In this document: one piece after another, positions 59,501 to 64,000 of the stretch
Position numbering within the stretch: position 1 is the first letter of the stretch
How the letters are laid out: each line of letters opens with the position of its first letter
Virus record (IMG/VR): IMGVR_UViG_3300008110_000166
Location: 26,421 to 90,420 of that record
Reading direction: 5' to 3' (one strand)
From: a virus
Length of the DNA: 64,000 nucleotides
Translations under genes and position numbers: made by a program
Notes under the pieces: generated by a model
Told to the model about the DNA's origin: nothing
The model's input: only the letters and a program-made list of their open reading frames with translations
Database searches by the model: none

Positions 59501-62500
59501 GTAATCCTTTTCGTATTGATTTCTGCCTTCTGGATATGTGAATCCTTCAAACTCACCAAGTATTCCGTCGTTGGGCTTGCCCATTACATCAGCAAGTGAT
59601 GTTCTGTTTCCTTCAGCGTCTCTCATGAAGCGTGGACCAAACGGTCTACCGTCTGGAGCCATTCTTCCTGATGAAAGTGGTGCAGCAACTTCTGGCATGC
59701 TTGGAACAAGGTCTTTGTTTCCTGTAAGGACGCCCTTTTCTGTTCCATTCTTGCCGAGTTTCTTTTGCATCTTTGGTGATTTACCAATGACAAAATCGGC
59801 TGCTTTTTGTGCATCGCCGAAAGCTTGCTGGAGGGCGTTCGGGTCACTCTTTAGTGCTTGCAACCAGTTCGCAAGATATTTGGCATGGTCTTCACGTGGC
59901 TCTGCTGAAACTCCTAGTGCAGCAAGGAAGAATGCAGATGCTATTTCTGCAACTAGTTCTTCACGCGCATATGCTTCGTTTCCGAACATGTTCATGTTTG
60001 GACGATTTAGCCTTGATGAGTGACCGGTCCAGTGCATCATCTCGTGTGCGAGAGTTGCGTAGTAGCCCTCTCTTGACTTAAATGATTCAAATGGCGGCAT
60101 TGATATTTCGTCGGTTGATGGCCTGTAGAAAGCGCGACCATCTGTGCTGATATTTACAATTGCGCCGACTTCTGCAAGTGCTTCTTCAAGCTCCTGCACT
60201 CTTTCTGCTGGGTCGAGTTGTTCACCCTTTAGGGCGTCCATATCTATACCGTCTACTTGGTCGGCGTTAAATACATACCCGACTTTAAAGAAGACGAAAC
60301 CAGACTTGACTACAGTGCCGTCTTTGTCTTTCTTAGGAGGAACGATTGTGGGAATGAATATTTGCGTTCCCTTTTCGCCCTTGCGTACAGAACCGCCCAA
60401 CTTTTTCCACTGCTCAAACCCTGCCCACATCGGCGTTTGATAACCCATGTCCTGCTGAGTGAACATAAGCATGAGCGCGTTTACGTTGGTGTATGGGCGA
60501 TTCTTGTTCGATGGATTACTTGGAACGAATCCAGACTTATGCCATGGGAATTCCCAGCTATTTGGGTCGGCACTTTCAAGCATCTTGATGAGTCGGTCCT
60601 GAACTGCCTTATAGACCTCATCCTGCTTGCCAGAAGAGAGTCCCTCTCCAGGGAACATCCCCTCCATTGGGTTCTTGAATGCACCACTTCTTCTTGCTGA
60701 TGCAAATTCTGGATTCTCATTTCTCCATGCTTCAGCTTGTGCGTCAAGGTCCTTGAGGAGACGTTCATGGCGTTCTGAGCCTTCAATGACTTGACCAGGT
60801 GTAAGCCCGTAATCTTTCGCAATATCCTCTGCTGACTCTCCAGCGCCGATACGTGAATAGAACAGTTCGTCTGCTCTTTCTTGCGCAGCTTCGATTTCTG
60901 CAAATCGCTGCATGTCTTTTGAGAACTCTTCAACATCTATATAGTCCTGAACGAGACTTGAGTCAACTGGCGTGTCGAGTGTCCCACGCATGCGGGCCAT
61001 ATGGCGCTGTTCGGCCTGTCTCACAACCTGACGCGGCACTCCAAGTTCATTGGCGACATCTTCAAGTGAGGCGCCCTCCATTCTTCTATTGAAGATTTCC
61101 TTATCAGTTGCGCCAATTTTTGGAAGTTTTGCAGCGGCTCTTTGGCCTCGCGTTCTTCCCGATGCAAACGATGCGTCAACGTCGGAAACATCGTCCCTAT
61201 TTTTAAGAATCTGGCCCATTTCTGGATTTACTGTTGGGTCAATATTAAATACTGATGACGCAACACGAGTTCTACCTGAGGAAAATCCGAGGTCTGATTC
61301 TGCCTCATCGGCGTCATAAACTTGGTCGTAGTTCCAAGCGCTAGTTGCTTTTCCGTAATCTTTGTCGGCCCACTGCTTGGCTGATTCAAGATTCGCAAAT
61401 CCGAAATCATGTTCAGTATCCATCTGGTACTGGCCGCCCTCGCGAACAGCATCATACGTACGGGTTACATAGAACTTGTCGTCGTCGCCCTTTGCAATGG
61501 TGTACAGACCATCGATTCCTGGCGCATCTGCTTCAAAACCATTATCGGTTTTCTGCCACTTGCCGAGTTTGTCCCCAGCGCGTCCAGAAGAAAAATCAGT
61601 TCCAGCAGAGGTTTTAGGACGGTCTATAAACCTGACGGCATTTTCCAAATCTCTTGGTTCTGGAACACCAGCATCCCTAAGTTCTGAGAGTCTGAGATTA
61701 TTTTCTTCTTCTTCTTGGTTGAGCGTTCGCATCACCTTTGCGTGACTTGACTCAACTAGCTTTCGTCCCTCCTCAAGCTGCGCCTCTTCAAGGTCATAGA
61801 TTCCGCGACTCAGTGACCTAATGTCGCTAGCGTCAGAAGCAAGAAGCGGGCCGCTGACATCGAGGTCGCTCATTATGGACGAATGCGCTCCATCGAGACT
61901 GTCCGCAAGGTCGCTGATATGACTAAATTTCTGTTCAAGAACTTCGTCCTCGTCATAGAGGTTTTCTATTTCAGCAAACTTTTTGTCGATGCTGGATGGT
62001 GAGAACGGATTCTCCACATCTGAAGCCCCTAGTGATGAAAAGATATCGTCAAGAGTCTCTTTTCTATTTTCGATATCGTCATACTCTTCTGAGTATTTTC
62101 CAATTGCAATTTCGAGACCAGCAATTGCCGTGTCGTAGTCGGAAAGAATGTCCGTGACATCTTCGTCTTCTGTGACATCAAATAAATTGAATCCACCACG
62201 TTCTGGCTTCTTGCCGTCATACGCCCTCGTTGCAATGTCATTCATCTCTTTTGAGAGTTGACGCATGAGGTCATCTGCTTCACCAACCCTGTCAAGCCCG
62301 ATTTCTCTACGTTGTCTTATTCTGTAAAGAAGGTCTGTATCCCCGGTTCCAGAATTAAGTTCATCTAGTCTTTGGCGTGCAGCAGACTTTTCCTTTTCGG
62401 AAATACGGCCAGATGAGAAAAAATCTCTTCCAGTTGCTTGTGGAACACCTCGCGTATCGGCACGCGTTGTAGGTGACGGCTCTCCAAGATTTCGGGTTTG

Positions 62501-64000
62501 CTGCTCGTCGAACAGTCTTTCGTTGATATTGTCGGCGACCACTTCTTCAATGCGGCCCTCTAGTTCTGAGTCCCACTTAGGGTCGTCAGGGTTCATGCCC
62601 ATGCTTGTTAGATAGTCAGCAGCGTCTTGCTCGTATTCTTTACGTTCATCAGCAGACATGTTGTCCATGAAGTCGTACACGCGGTCTTCTTCTCGTGGGT
62701 CAAGGTCACGTGAGAATTCATTTGTGCGGCCAGATGAGAAGATTCCTTCGTCAAAATCGCGCTGACTTCTTCCTACGCTTCTTTCAAGTCTGTCCCTAGA
62801 CCTTTCATCGTCGGACATGGTACGGGCGCGGACTTGTGCGTCAAAAAGGGATTGCTGAAGATTCTCAAGAAATACAAGTTTATTTTGGCCCTCTATAGAC
62901 TCATCTACAGATAATTCATCAATCATCTCTTCAACAGAGGTGTTTATCCATGGCATGTCCTCATTGGCTGAGGCCCACCCTTCAACTGCTGAGTCCAGCT
63001 GATTACCAAATTCCCACTCTTCATCGTCCCATCCATCGAATCTATCCAGGAATTTACGCAGGCTCTCGTCTGCAGCATCCATTTCCTGCTTTTCAATTTC
63101 TCTGGAGGTGAGTTGTCTGCCTGAAGACATCTTGCTATTTTCCAATGCGTCATACATTGCATTGGCTAATGACTCTGTGAATTTACCTGTGTCGTTTGCT
63201 TCAACAAGTGCATCTTGCTCGTCATCATCTAGAGCTTCAAAAGCTGCTCTGGCTTCTTCAGCTTCTGACTCGGAAAGGCCGATTTCGTACATGTATTTGT
63301 CGACATCTTTGTTGAATCTTTCTTCAACAAGTGGCGTATCATCAACATCATCTCTTCTCCAGAAGAGAGCTTGCCTTCTGCGTTGAGTTTGCGAAGCTCC
63401 TGAAGGTCTGGCTCTGTTGCTGTACCAGCGCCACCCTTCTTTTTCTTTTTCTTCTTCCTGAGTTTTTCCATATGGCGCTGCTCGGCTTTGCGAACATCAG
63501 TGCGGTCTACGCCAAGGTCATCAGCAACTTCTTGCAGTGTTTCTCCAGCCATGCGACGGTCATAAATATCCCTGTCAGAAGGCATCTCTCTTGGCTGTGG
63601 AGCATCAGTGGTTGGCTTCACAGGAGCTCTGTCTTCGCTTCTTCCTGAAGCAAATGCTTTTGGCTCCCTGTCCTTCAGAGAGCTACGTACGCCTCGTTGT
63701 GGGTTTAGACCCAGACCATCGAGCGTCCGCCCCATAGCATCCACGTCTTCACGTCTCCACGTTGAGGTGTCAGGACGCTTTTCATACACTTCTGTTTTTA
63801 GAGCCTCTTCTATTCCAGCCCAGTTTTCATCGCCTTCTTTTGCATTCGCATCAAGGTACTTGGATACAGCATTTGCGTAGTCCATATACCAAGTTGCGTA
63901 ATCAGAGGAGCTCTTTGCTTTTTCGTCAAACTTTGCCGGACGCTTTCTTGTGTCATCGCCTTGCCACATGAGACGAGATTGGTTTACTCCGAGCTCTCGT
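56507..64000 (-). CDS. giant polyvalent protein A (>2,490 aa, 5'-truncated, -1 frameshift near 63355) with ArdC/zincin, WYL and HTH modules
   Basis: ArdC signature (PW...N......Y...N...W..F.QW...GG.VRKGEKG...VFN..Q...AFY.P..D.I.MP...HEMMHWTGH..RL.R...YA.EELVAE); WYL-like (F.Y....R.I.P.......Y..G.D......RSF.L.KI); frame open to the window end. Confidence 0.85.

Noticed and set aside
41009-63971. Numerous plus-strand ORFs across the structural region
   Set aside because: Antisense shadows of the long minus-strand genes, without RBS or recognisable motifs
48056-64000. Inteins, or a tape-measure protein, explaining the giant ORFs
   Set aside because: No C/S...HN-C/S/T splice motifs or LAGLIDADG blocks were seen; the content is a mosaic of globular effector domains in a head module rather than tape-measure repeats

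Overview
This is a 64-kb segment of a large tailed dsDNA phage (HK97-fold capsid) infecting an actinobacterium. The host assignment rests on two WhiB genes, a DUF732-like lipoprotein, an actinobacterial-type ferredoxin and many leaderless transcripts. (1) 1-15.9 kb is an early region of small, mostly minus-strand genes. It has 17 copies of one promoter (T[T/A/G]GTAT-CTGNCCTGYG..-TANNNT, 17-bp spacer), paired AGCCCCG/CGGGGCT sites, two candidate structured RNAs, a HARP-SNF2 helicase and a DUF932 protein. It ends in a palindrome-free stretch that probably marks the first-injected genome end. (2) 15.9-39 kb holds replication and metabolic genes (primase-helicase, SSB, NrdJ, ThyX, several Fe-oxygenases, methyltransferases, ferredoxin), six canonical tRNAs, one D-arm-less tRNA-like RNA and one tRNA remnant. 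(3) 39-64 kb is a head module with the major capsid protein and two giant (about 2,500 aa or more) multidomain proteins. The most striking observation is that both giant proteins are punctuated by a recurring [F/L/M]-[S/A]-[S/A]-G-[R/K] motif (about 19 copies, synonymously diverged codons). The motif brackets self-contained domains such as ArdC, WYL and HTH, which suggests a virion-delivered, protease-processed polyprotein. All annotations are by eye; no database searches or folding programs were run.
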